Part shown: positions 28,015-35,319 of the stretch, one piece after another
How positions within the stretch are numbered: the first letter of the stretch is position 1
How the letters are laid out: each line of letters starts with the position of its first letter
Source: a virus
Lineage: Duplodnaviria > Caudoviricetes
Virus record (IMG/VR): IMGVR_UViG_3300021426_000001
Strand: one strand, 5' to 3'
DNA: 64,000 nucleotides
Program-made: the position numbers and the translations under genes
The notes under the pieces: model-generated
Told to the model about the DNA's origin: nothing
The model's database searches: none
Seen by the model: the letters and a program-made list of their open reading frames with translations, nothing else

Positions 28015-31000
28015 CTATCTCAAGAACTTCCTCTTCGCCTTCGTCATCTTGTACTCGATGTAGTCCTTGCGAGAAGCAGACCAGCCGATGACCTCGAACA
28101 GAGCGTGGAACACGGACATGAAGAACTTCTCGAAGGTGGTGTCGTAGTCGACTGTGAAGATGTCGTCGAACTCCTTTGGCCATGTCTCGAAACCGATGAC
28201 TTCGAATCCGTACTTGTTGTTCGGATAGACGAAGAGATACTTCGCCTTCGAGCCTCTCTGGAGCGGATCTATCGGGAACTTGTTCTTCGCGGCGATGTAG
28301 TTGTGGTAGATGGCGATCTTGCAAGCCTGATGGGTGCCTGACGGAATGTTCAGTCCGTTCTGCACATACCAGTCCATTTCGTGGTCGAGGTATTTTCTCA
28401 CGTCTCCGACAGAGCGTGAAGCTGAGATGTCGTCCAGCTTGGCGTCCCTGAAGACAGAGTATGCATCTTGTATCTTGCGGATCGTCTCTTCCTTTGATGC
28501 GCCGAGAAGCACATCTGCTGTGATAGACACTGCCTTGTCCTGGCAGAACGGCGGGAACTCAGCCTTCTTGAGAACGAGGCCCTGAATCTTCAAGTGCTTG
28601 TGAGGGTCCTCTTCGTATCCGAAGAACTTTCCGTCCTTGTCGACGACTGAGCCGAGATAGAGCTTCTTGCCGTAAGAGATGAAGTTCGAGAACATGTTCT
28701 CACGGGTGAAGATGATTCGGTTAGTCATCTTGTTCTTCTCAGCCTTCATGTCTAGAATGACCTTCCAGAACCAGTTCATCTGCTTCTCCATGCAGTAGAA
28801 CCACTCCATGTCGTCCATGTACGGGAATAGTCCGATCTTGTGCTCGTCGAAGCAGTAGTAGTTGGAGTCCGTGTCCACCTGAACGACGACAGAGGCACGA
28901 TCTACGAAGCTAATCGGCTTCTCGATGACGTTCACGCAGTCGATTGCGTTTCCGTCAACCGTTGCGCCGCGAGCTAGGTCAAATCCAGTGACGGTCTGTC
29001 CCTCTGCGTTGGTGAAGCGTGCGCCGCCGTCAACGACTGAGATCTTCATCTTCATCGCAGTGTCGTTCAGAACGACCTCGATTGTCTCGTCGAGCTTGAA
29101 GAGATGGCACTCGCCCTTGTAGACCACGTTCACGAGCTTCTCAGTAGTGATCTTCTTGATAGGCTTGAGCGGCTCATGCTTGGTGAGGTCGTTGATGTAG
29201 AGGTCGATTGCAGCGCCATTTATCGTGTTCTTGGCGGTTATGTCGACGGCCTTGAGTTTACCCTGATCAGTCTCGACTTCGTCCTCCTGCTTGTACCATT
29301 TGCCGTTTATTCGGATGACTGGGAAGAACTTCATCGAGTCGCGAAGGATCTGCTCAGAGCGGTAGTATTTGTCCGTGTTGTCCTTGAGGTAGCGGATAGT
29401 GACACGAGCGCAGCGAGTGATCGAGCGAGCGCAGTCGATGTTGAAGAGGTGGAAGTTCTTGTACAGGCAAGCGCCGTATAGAGAGTTGATGAGCTTCTTA
29501 CGGGTTAGCTGAAGAGTGCGGTAGCGGTCAGCTGCGACAAGATCTCCCTTCTTCTCAGCGTCCTGCATGAGCAGCTTGAACTTGAGACGTTCGTCGAAGA
29601 TCTTTGACACGACAGACGGAAGAATTGCGTCGTCTGTGCGAAGGAATCCAACTCCGTTGACTTCTGAGCGGATAACGCGACCAGAGGCGATGTCCTCGGC
29701 GGTAGGCTTGATTACTCTCGTCTCAGGCGAGATGTTGTACATGATGATGTGGTTCGGGTAAGAAGAAGTGATGTCGCCCGACATGTTGTGCTGATAGCGG
29801 CCCGGATCTGCGTAGCAGTAGCCAGCCTTCACAGCGTATGGCTCGAACGAAGTCGGAGACTCGGGAGTGCAGTTCTGATACTCAATTATTCCGTTTCCGA
29901 GATCCTTCTTGAAGTAGCCCTCGTCGTGCCACCAGTCGGCTGGCTTCTCGTACATGTCGTTGTAGACCTGATCCTGCGCGTGAAGGAATCGCATGATGTA
30001 GCCGTCATGGGCAGAGGTCATCGCGAACACGTTGTCAAGGCATATCAGAGCTTCATTTGCGTAAGCGATCGTGGTCGGCCATAGACGCTTCTTAGCCTCG
30101 ATCTTGACCATCAGACGGACGTCCTGGACGTTATACTCGACGTAGGTCGTGTAGTCTTTGATGTAGTGCTCAGAGAGACCGTAGTCAAGCTTGACCTTTC
30201 CCTCTTTAACTTCCTTCTGACCGATGTAGTCGAGCTTCCAAGACGGAGAGTTCTTCACGAAGCCGATGAACTTGTACAGCTCCAGATAGTCCATCATGTA
30301 GAGGCCGGGAGAGCTGTAGTGGTAGCCCGTGATGATTCCGTTGTCGTCTGTGATTGGACGCTTCTGGACTGGCATCTTCAACGGCGACAGGAGACGAGTG
30401 AAGTCTCTCTTCTCGCCATGCTCTGCCTGAAGTCTGCGCATTCTGTTGATGATGTAGCTGTCATCGAACTTCTCTGAGTTCCAGCCAGTTAGCACGTCGA
30501 AGTGCTGCTGCCAGAACCAGATGTAGAAGTCCTTCATCATGTCGATCTCATTCTCGAACCATTTGTAGTTCGTGACTTCTGGAGAGTTGCCATTGTACGG
30601 CTCAAGACCCCAAGTGTAGGTCTGGTCGGTGACGGTGCTGTACACAGTGATCAGGTTGATGGGGTAGTTGGCGTCTTCTGGGTTCGGGAACTCTTGGTTG
30701 ATGAAGCAGCTGTCGTAGTAGCGCTTCCACTTGTTCTCTACGATGTCGAAAGCCTCGTACTTCTTCGTGTTTCCACGGTGCTCGAAGTCATAGATTGAGA
30801 TCGTCTCTTCATTCTCGGTGCCGAGAGGACGAACACGAATCTTCGTCTTCATCGGATAGCGTCTGGAGGTCTGTGTTTCAATATCGTAGAAGGCGATGCG
30901 GTAGTCCTTGTACTCTTCGTAGGTCAGCTCGGCCTTGTCATACTTCTCGTGGATGAACTTGACTGGCGCCTTCAGGTCCGACTCCGCCAAGCGCATCTTT

Positions 31001-31212
31001 TTCTTTAGGACCTTGTATGTCGCAAAGTCTTCCTTCGTATTGCACACCATCTGCTTCATCGGAACACCGAAGCAGTCACGGATCTTCGACTTCTTGTCTG
31101 GATCAGGCATGAAATACTTGAACACATAAGGGTACTTCTTGTACTCTAGGGAGCCCACCTCTCGCTCATAGATGGTGTTCGACTCTCTGTCATAAAACAC
31201 GTTCTTATACAT
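28015..31212 (-). CDS. Family B DNA polymerase (gp43-like) with two insertions
   Basis: ExoI DIET, ExoII GWNSEKFD, ExoIII YNVQD, motif A DITSSYP, motif B KKLINSLYG, motif C DTDS, and KKLY. Confidence 0.95.
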   Translation of the reverse strand: MYKNVFYDRESNTIYEREVGSLEYKKYPYVFKYFMPDPDKKSKIRDCFGVPMKQMVCNTKEDFATYKVLKKKMRLAESDLKAPVKFIHEKYDKAELTYEEYKDYRIAFYDIETQTSRRYPMKTKIRVRPLGTENEETISIYDFEHRGNTKKYEAFDIVENKWKRYYDSCFINQEFPNPEDANYPINLITVYSTVTDQTYTWGLEPYNGNSPEVTNYKWFENEIDMMKDFYIWFWQQHFDVLTGWNSEKFDDSYIINRMRRLQAEHGEKRDFTRLLSPLKMPVQKRPITDDNGIITGYHYSSPGLYMMDYLELYKFIGFVKNSPSWKLDYIGQKEVKEGKVKLDYGLSEHYIKDYTTYVEYNVQDVRLMVKIEAKKRLWPTTIAYANEALICLDNVFAMTSAHDGYIMRFLHAQDQVYNDMYEKPADWWHDEGYFKKDLGNGIIEYQNCTPESPTSFEPYAVKAGYCYADPGRYQHNMSGDITSSYPNHIIMYNISPETRVIKPTAEDIASGRVIRSEVNGVGFLRTDDAILPSVVSKIFDERLKFKLLMQDAEKKGDLVAADRYRTLQLTRKKLINSLYGACLYKNFHLFNIDCARSITRCARVTIRYLKDNTDKYYRSEQILRDSMKFFPVIRINGKWYKQEDEVETDQGKLKAVDITAKNTINGAAIDLYINDLTKHEPLKPIKKITTEKLVNVVYKGECHLFKLDETIEVVLNDTAMKMKISVVDGGARFTNAEGQTVTGFDLARGATVDGNAIDCVNVIEKPISFVDRASVVVQVDTDSNYYCFDEHKIGLFPYMDDMEWFYCMEKQMNWFWKVILDMKAEKNKMTNRIIFTRENMFSNFISYGKKLYLGSVVDKDGKFFGYEEDPHKHLKIQGLVLKKAEFPPFCQDKAVSITADVLLGASKEETIRKIQDAYSVFRDAKLDDISASRSVGDVRKYLDHEMDWYVQNGLNIPSGTHQACKIAIYHNYIAAKNKFPIDPLQRGSKAKYLFVYPNNKYGFEVIGFETWPKEFDDIFTVDYDTTFEKFFMSVFHALFEVIGWSASRKDYIEYKMTKAKRKFLR

Positions 31213-31255
31213 ATTTTCTCGCTAGTTTTCGAGTTAAATATAGAACTTGCACAAG

Positions 31256-31281
31256 AAAGGCCGTTTCGTCTCGAAACGGCC
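31256..31281 (-). terminator. Terminator hairpin
   Basis: GGCCGTTTCG/CGAAACGGCC 10-bp stem followed by TTTCTT on the minus strand. Confidence 0.7.
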
Positions 31282-31304
31282 AATTTGAATTCTCTTGAGA
31301 GGTT

Positions 31305-31679
31305 TTAGACGTCTTTTACGAGTTTAGCTCCAAGGAAAGTGAAGTCGCAACAGCTAGGCGTGTTTTTGTCCTGCTTTCCAGTCTCAGCATATCGAATTAC
31401 AGCGTCTCTTAGCTCATCGATCGAAGTAAAGCCCTCGTCCTCGTAGCAGGATAGCATCTCATCATCGTCACCAGCTGCGTGTATAGCTTCCATAGCTTTC
31501 CAGTAAGCTTCAGCTGGAGTCTTTGCTGCGGAGTATGGTACCTCCTCTGTGCTCTCGGAATAGCCCTCGTCAGGATCCTCGTATCTTACGACCCAATACG
31601 GTTCGCTGGAGTTCTCTTTGACGATCTTGTAACCTGTGCTCTCCAGCAGTCTTCTCGCTTTCGAAAATTTCATTTTCAT
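31305..31679 (-). CDS. Late protein, probable head-internal protein
   Basis: Late promoter 31708-31715; N-terminal RRLLESTGYKIVKE motif shared with 58994..59410. Confidence 0.6.
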   Translation of the reverse strand: MKMKFSKARRLLESTGYKIVKENSSEPYWVVRYEDPDEGYSESTEEVPYSAAKTPAEAYWKAMEAIHAAGDDDEMLSCYEDEGFTSIDELRDAVIRYAETGKQDKNTPSCCDFTFLGAKLVKDV

Positions 31680-31716
31680 TTTGGAATTCTCCTATTTCCT
31701 TATAGCTTATTTATAC

Positions 31717-31746
31717 AAAAAGCTGACTGGGTTACAGTCAGCTTTC
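31717..31746. terminator. Bidirectional-type terminator
   Basis: AAAGCTGACTG/CAGTCAGCTTT stem. Confidence 0.7.
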
Positions 31747-31784
31747 TATATGAGTAGTCGATCAAAGAAACGGTGAGCTTCTTA

Positions 31785-32009
31785 TTAGATGCCCATATCC
31801 TTGATGAACTGGCGGAACTTCACGACTTCGTCAAGAGCGCCCTTTGCGTAAGCCTTCTCTTGTGCGAGTGCGGAGCCCTGGAGTCCCTCAGGGATCTTGT
31901 AGTTCTTGACTTCCTCGATCTCGATGTCGAGTCTCTGCTTGAGCTTTCTCACGGCCTGGATGATGAAGTCATTGCTGTCGATAGTTGCGTCTGTAGAGTT
32001 TGTGATCAT
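31785..32009 (-). CDS. Hypothetical protein
   Basis: RBS AAGGAG; GATAAATA at 32048-32055. Confidence 0.6.
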   Translation of the reverse strand: MITNSTDATIDSNDFIIQAVRKLKQRLDIEIEEVKNYKIPEGLQGSALAQEKAYAKGALDEVVKFRQFIKDMGI

Positions 32010-32086
32010 ATATGATGTTTCTCCTTGTAGAGTTTTAGAAATTTAGATATTTATCTGGATTTGGAAGTTCTCTGTAGTCAACTTCT

Positions 32087-32299
32087 CTAGTCGCAGAGGA
32101 GCTGCGGGCCTGAGGACTCCTTCAAGTAGTAAGTGACTTCCTCGCCAACGCTCTCGATCTTCTCGATCTCGAGGTTCATCGAAGAGAGCTTGTCCTGAAG
32201 TTTAGACGGGTTGATGATGTCGGCCTCACTGAGCGGTGCTGCGCCCTGATTTCTGACTCTTCCCGAAATTACGAATCGTGTCATAAATTGATTCTCCAT
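32087..32299 (-). CDS. Hypothetical protein
   Basis: GATAAATA at 32310-32317 upstream. Confidence 0.6.
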   Translation of the reverse strand: MENQFMTRFVISGRVRNQGAAPLSEADIINPSKLQDKLSSMNLEIEKIESVGEEVTYYLKESSGPQLLCD

Positions 32300-32419
32300 T
32301 TTTATTGTATATTTATCACATAGAACTAAGCTAAATCAGCTTTTGTAAAGATCTTTTTACATAAATCTTCGCAAAACGTTGAGAATTTAGAAGCTCGATT
32401 CAGTATATATATTTGGATC

Positions 32420-32516
32420 AAAAGATCAACTACTACTGGTCGAGAACAGGAGTTTTCAGATCCGCAAGGATCCAAAGATGACTTTCCGAGGTAGTAGGCG
32501 GGAAGTCATCTTTTTT
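32420..32516 (+). ncRNA. Putative ~95-nt small RNA ending in a strong terminator
   Basis: GATCC-GCAA-GGATC GNRA hairpin (32459-32472); 15-bp terminator stem 32474-32513 with T-tract; 5' CTACTACT is complementary to loop GGTAGTAG. Confidence 0.5.
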
Positions 32517-32545
32517 GTTTATCCAAGTTTACAAAACAAAACTGG

Positions 32546-32553
32546 TATAAATA
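32546..32553 (+). promoter_or_regulatory. Late promoter TATAAATA with no credible downstream gene
   Basis: Exact consensus followed by ~860 nt without a credible CDS. Confidence 0.7.
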
Positions 32554-32555
32554 AA

Positions 32556-33220
32556 GCAACCGCAAAAGATTATTAGATTTTGAATTAGATTAGAACTGAA
32601 TAGAACTGAATAAGACGATTTTTGAAGAAGAGCTTAAAAGCACTTGAAGTCACAATAAAGGTCACAATGTCGAGGAGTTCGCTCCAAAAGCATTTCGCAG
32701 GGCTCTTGCTAAACAGAACTGCGATTCTATGCAGGACACATAGTCTTAATAATTTTAGCCGCACAGAGAGAAAGGGCCGAGAGGCATCTGCAGGCTGTGC
32801 GCTGCTGGGGTGGACAGCTGGTCACCCGATGAAAAGTCACTCATCAATGGCCGATCTTGGTCAGAGGCAGCATGAATCCGGGCCGACGAACGAAGTCTAA
32901 GTTCACGGTCTAAATAGCTGAGAAGACGAACGAGATAAAGATCCAGGTGGATCTACGCGATCTCGTTCACATAGCCGTCGCGGCATTTTCGAGATGTAGC
33001 TGGTGTACAGGGCGACCGCATCATAAGCTCGAGAAGTAAGTCCCTAGTAAAGTCGATAGAGCGAGAGGCACACTGAAGATAGCAGGAGGCCCGAAAGGGA
33101 CGCAGGACTGTGATTCTTTGGGAGTCAGAAGTTCAGGAGATTGCTAGTTCCCCGTTTTACGGGCTAGTTGTCTCCTGAGCTCCTGGCTCCTGAAGAATCA
33201 CAGGAGACTTTCTCTCTCCC
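32556..33220 (+). ncRNA. Putative large structured non-coding RNA (~660 nt), family unrecognised
   Basis: Nested stems with + strand G-U wobbles, UUCG/GAGA/GAAA tetraloops, four-way junction 32801-32871, 96-nt hairpin 33108-33203, and 10-bp long-range pair 32765-32774/33208-33217. Confidence 0.7.
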
Positions 33221-33258
33221 AAAATGTCATCATGTCAACACAAAGTCATATCAAATTG

Positions 33259-33348
33259 GCTGTTCATAAGCTGTTCATAAGCTGTTAATAGATTGTTAAT
33301 AGATTGTTCATAAGCTGTTAATAAAATGTTAATAGATTGTTCATAAAA
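33259..33348. repeat. Eight tandem 11-bp units, each with a DnaA-box-like 9-mer TGTT(C/A)ATA(A/G)
   Basis: Units start at 33261, 33272, 33283, 33294, 33305, 33316, 33327 and 33338. Confidence 0.9.
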
Positions 33349-33415
33349 ATGAGGACCGTCTTCGTTAGAAGACGGATGAGCGAAGCGAATGGATGATAGC
33401 TGTGATAAATAGACT

Positions 33416-33733
33416 ATGAGACGAGACTTCACTCCTTATCTTCAACTCATTCTAGAGGGCAACGCTTCTGTTCCCTCGTCGCTCGTGCACGAGACTTCTG
33501 ATGTCCATCGTGAGACTCAATCTCAAGTTGAGATAGTCACTCAGAGAAAGCTGACTCCGCAAGAGAAGTTCCTTTCGATGAAGACAGTGAAGCGAGAGCC
33601 GTTGAAGTCTCCGACGATCACAGTAGCGACTTTCGAGTGGACTATGGACATTCCTCTCAGTCAGCTCCGTGAAGTAGCAGCGAGAGCTAACAGAGAGATG
33701 AGAGAAGCTATAAGAGAGCTGAGAAAATCTTGA
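33416..33733 (+). CDS. Hypothetical late protein
   Basis: GATAAATA at 33404-33411; N-terminal YLQLILE. Confidence 0.55.
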   Translation: MRRDFTPYLQLILEGNASVPSSLVHETSDVHRETQSQVEIVTQRKLTPQEKFLSMKTVKREPLKSPTITVATFEWTMDIPLSQLREVAARANREMREAIRELRKS

Positions 33734-33749
33734 TTTTTAGGGATTTTTA

Positions 33750-33781
33750 GGGTTTACAAGAGAAACCGAAATTCCTATATT
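33750..33781 (+). promoter_or_regulatory. Early promoter
   Basis: GGGTTTACA-N17-TATATT. Confidence 0.85.
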
Positions 33782-33823
33782 GATAGCGTAAAACAAATCA
33801 ACCTTCAACAAGGACCTATCAAT

Positions 33824-34123
33824 ATGAAGATCAAGACTTTCCAATTCCTTCTCTCCAACTTCTGCGGCAACGACCTCCACACTAACGGCTGCTTCAAAGA
33901 GAGCAAATACAAAGCTAATCAGAATACTCCGTACAGCAGCGAGAAGCAGATCGACCGAAAGCTGAATCGCTGGATCGAGAAGAACAATCCGATCATTCAC
34001 GACATCAAGATCACTACTTACACGATCGACCGCCACAACAACGGCGGAGACGACACTGTGGCTGCTATCTACACGATCACTTACGATCTTCCGGCTGGCG
34101 CAGAAGTCAAGGAGGAAGCATAA
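33824..34123 (+). CDS. Hypothetical early protein
   Basis: RBS AAGGA after early promoter. Confidence 0.7.
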   Translation: MKIKTFQFLLSNFCGNDLHTNGCFKESKYKANQNTPYSSEKQIDRKLNRWIEKNNPIIHDIKITTYTIDRHNNGGDDTVAAIYTITYDLPAGAEVKEEA

Positions 34124-34614
34124 TGAGTGTAAATGAGGGAATCATCTACGGAATCATCCTCAGCTTGATCCTCGTATGCATTGGAGGCGGGCTTCACAAG
34201 CTTGACGATCTCTACAACGACAGAGCTGCTCAGAAAGCTTCTCAGGTCATTCCAGAAGATCTGCGAAAGCTCCAGAAGCAAGAAGAGTCGCTCGGCGTCA
34301 CTCAGTGCAAGAAGATGCCTCGGGTGAGCAACCTAGAAGAGTCATGGGCGTGCACTGCTGAGCTGCCAGACGGAACTGTCAAGAAGATACTCTTCGATCA
34401 GTCCACTTTCGACGGAAGAGCGTGCTCAGTCACTATCGTCAAGCCCGACGAGTCTATCGAGAAGCGCGCATACAGCGGAGACGGTCTCCACGTGAAGCGA
34501 AAGACCGTCATCGAGGATGTCAAGACTCGAAAGAAGACCAAGGGAGAGACCGTGGAAGAGCTAGATCCATCAACGTGCCTGTACTTCTTCCAGCAAGTCA
34601 AGCTCGCTATGTGA
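34123..34614 (+). CDS. Membrane-anchored hypothetical protein
   Basis: N-terminal hydrophobic helix GIIYGIILSLILVCIGG. Confidence 0.65.
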   Translation: MSVNEGIIYGIILSLILVCIGGGLHKLDDLYNDRAAQKASQVIPEDLRKLQKQEESLGVTQCKKMPRVSNLEESWACTAELPDGTVKKILFDQSTFDGRACSVTIVKPDESIEKRAYSGDGLHVKRKTVIEDVKTRKKTKGETVEELDPSTCLYFFQQVKLAM

Positions 34615-34620
34615 TCCCTG

Positions 34621-35310
34621 CTATGTTACTTGGAAGAATCCCTGAGGATCGAACTTCACTTCGTACTTAGTGCAGGGCATCAGAGACTCGAAGTCAATGA
34701 ATCCGATCGGGTAGATGGTCTCTACCCCTTCGTGTTGTTTCTGTACTCCAATCAAGCATCCGTTAGCGACAGACAGAGAAGATCCAGAGTACGTGATGTT
34801 CTCGGCTCTGACTCCAGGAGCATCTCCGTTCAGGAAGGTTAGCGGCACATGGTACATGTCGTACTCGGCTTCGTCGAAGTTTCTCTTGAACGGCATGTAG
34901 CCTCTCAGAGCTTCGACTGGATTCTCAGAAGGCTCTCTGTTGCTGTTCAGCTCGGCGTTGTAGTTCGCCTTCTTCACGAACGAGTCTATGTAAGTAGACT
35001 TGCTTAGATTCTCTTTCATCGGAATGTTGAAGACTTCCTCGTATGTCTTGTCCGTCTCGTTGTACAGTCCGTTCGAGTCACAGACCCACGGCCTAGCGTC
35101 CATTCTCGATGACGGGTATGTGAACTTAGAGTCGGATACGAACAGGCCAGAGACGCCCTCTAGGCCGATTCCAGGGAAGTCGTCTGACGGCTTGAAAGTG
35201 TCCCAGTCTCCAGAGGTCGTGAGGTACGCGTGAAGATCATCGTACGTGTCCGACTTTCCCTCTCGGCTGAAGAGATAGTCTATGAACTGCGGATATGCTT
35301 TGTATTTCAC
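34621..35310 (-). CDS. Virion/tail-associated protein
   Basis: C-terminal IYPIGFIDF...VKFDPQGFFQV; in an operon with the large adhesin. Confidence 0.5.
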   Translation of the reverse strand: MKYKAYPQFIDYLFSREGKSDTYDDLHAYLTTSGDWDTFKPSDDFPGIGLEGVSGLFVSDSKFTYPSSRMDARPWVCDSNGLYNETDKTYEEVFNIPMKENLSKSTYIDSFVKKANYNAELNSNREPSENPVEALRGYMPFKRNFDEAEYDMYHVPLTFLNGDAPGVRAENITYSGSSLSVANGCLIGVQKQHEGVETIYPIGFIDFESLMPCTKYEVKFDPQGFFQVT

Positions 35311-35319
35311 TTGTTCCTC

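Noticed and set aside
28015-31212. Functional inteins in the polymerase
   Set aside because: The insertions lack block A C/S, block B TxxH and terminal HN-C/S/T
32622-32900. 92-aa ORF inside the intergenic island
   Set aside because: TTG start, no clear RBS, atypical composition; it overlaps dense RNA stems that explain the sequence better
32730-32915. Group I intron core (GTTCACGGTCTAAAT and ACATAGTC resemble the R and S elements)
   Set aside because: The elements are in the wrong order, P7 would not pair, no interrupted gene flanks the region, and the R-like segment is explained by a local hairpin
33073-33099. Hammerhead ribozyme (CTGAAGA...GAAA)
   Set aside because: No stem II between the core segments; the GAAA is a tetraloop in CCC-GAAA-GGG
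32556-33220. tmRNA, RNase P RNA or tRNA identity
   Set aside because: No tRNA-like ends with T-loop and CCA, and no GAGGAAAGUCC-type RNase P signature
33259-33348. CRISPR array
   Set aside because: 11-bp tandem units with no unique spacers
33235-33432. 65-aa minus ORF with repeated LLTAYEQ
   Set aside because: The peptide repeat is a by-product of the 11-bp DNA repeat (33 bp = 11 codons)
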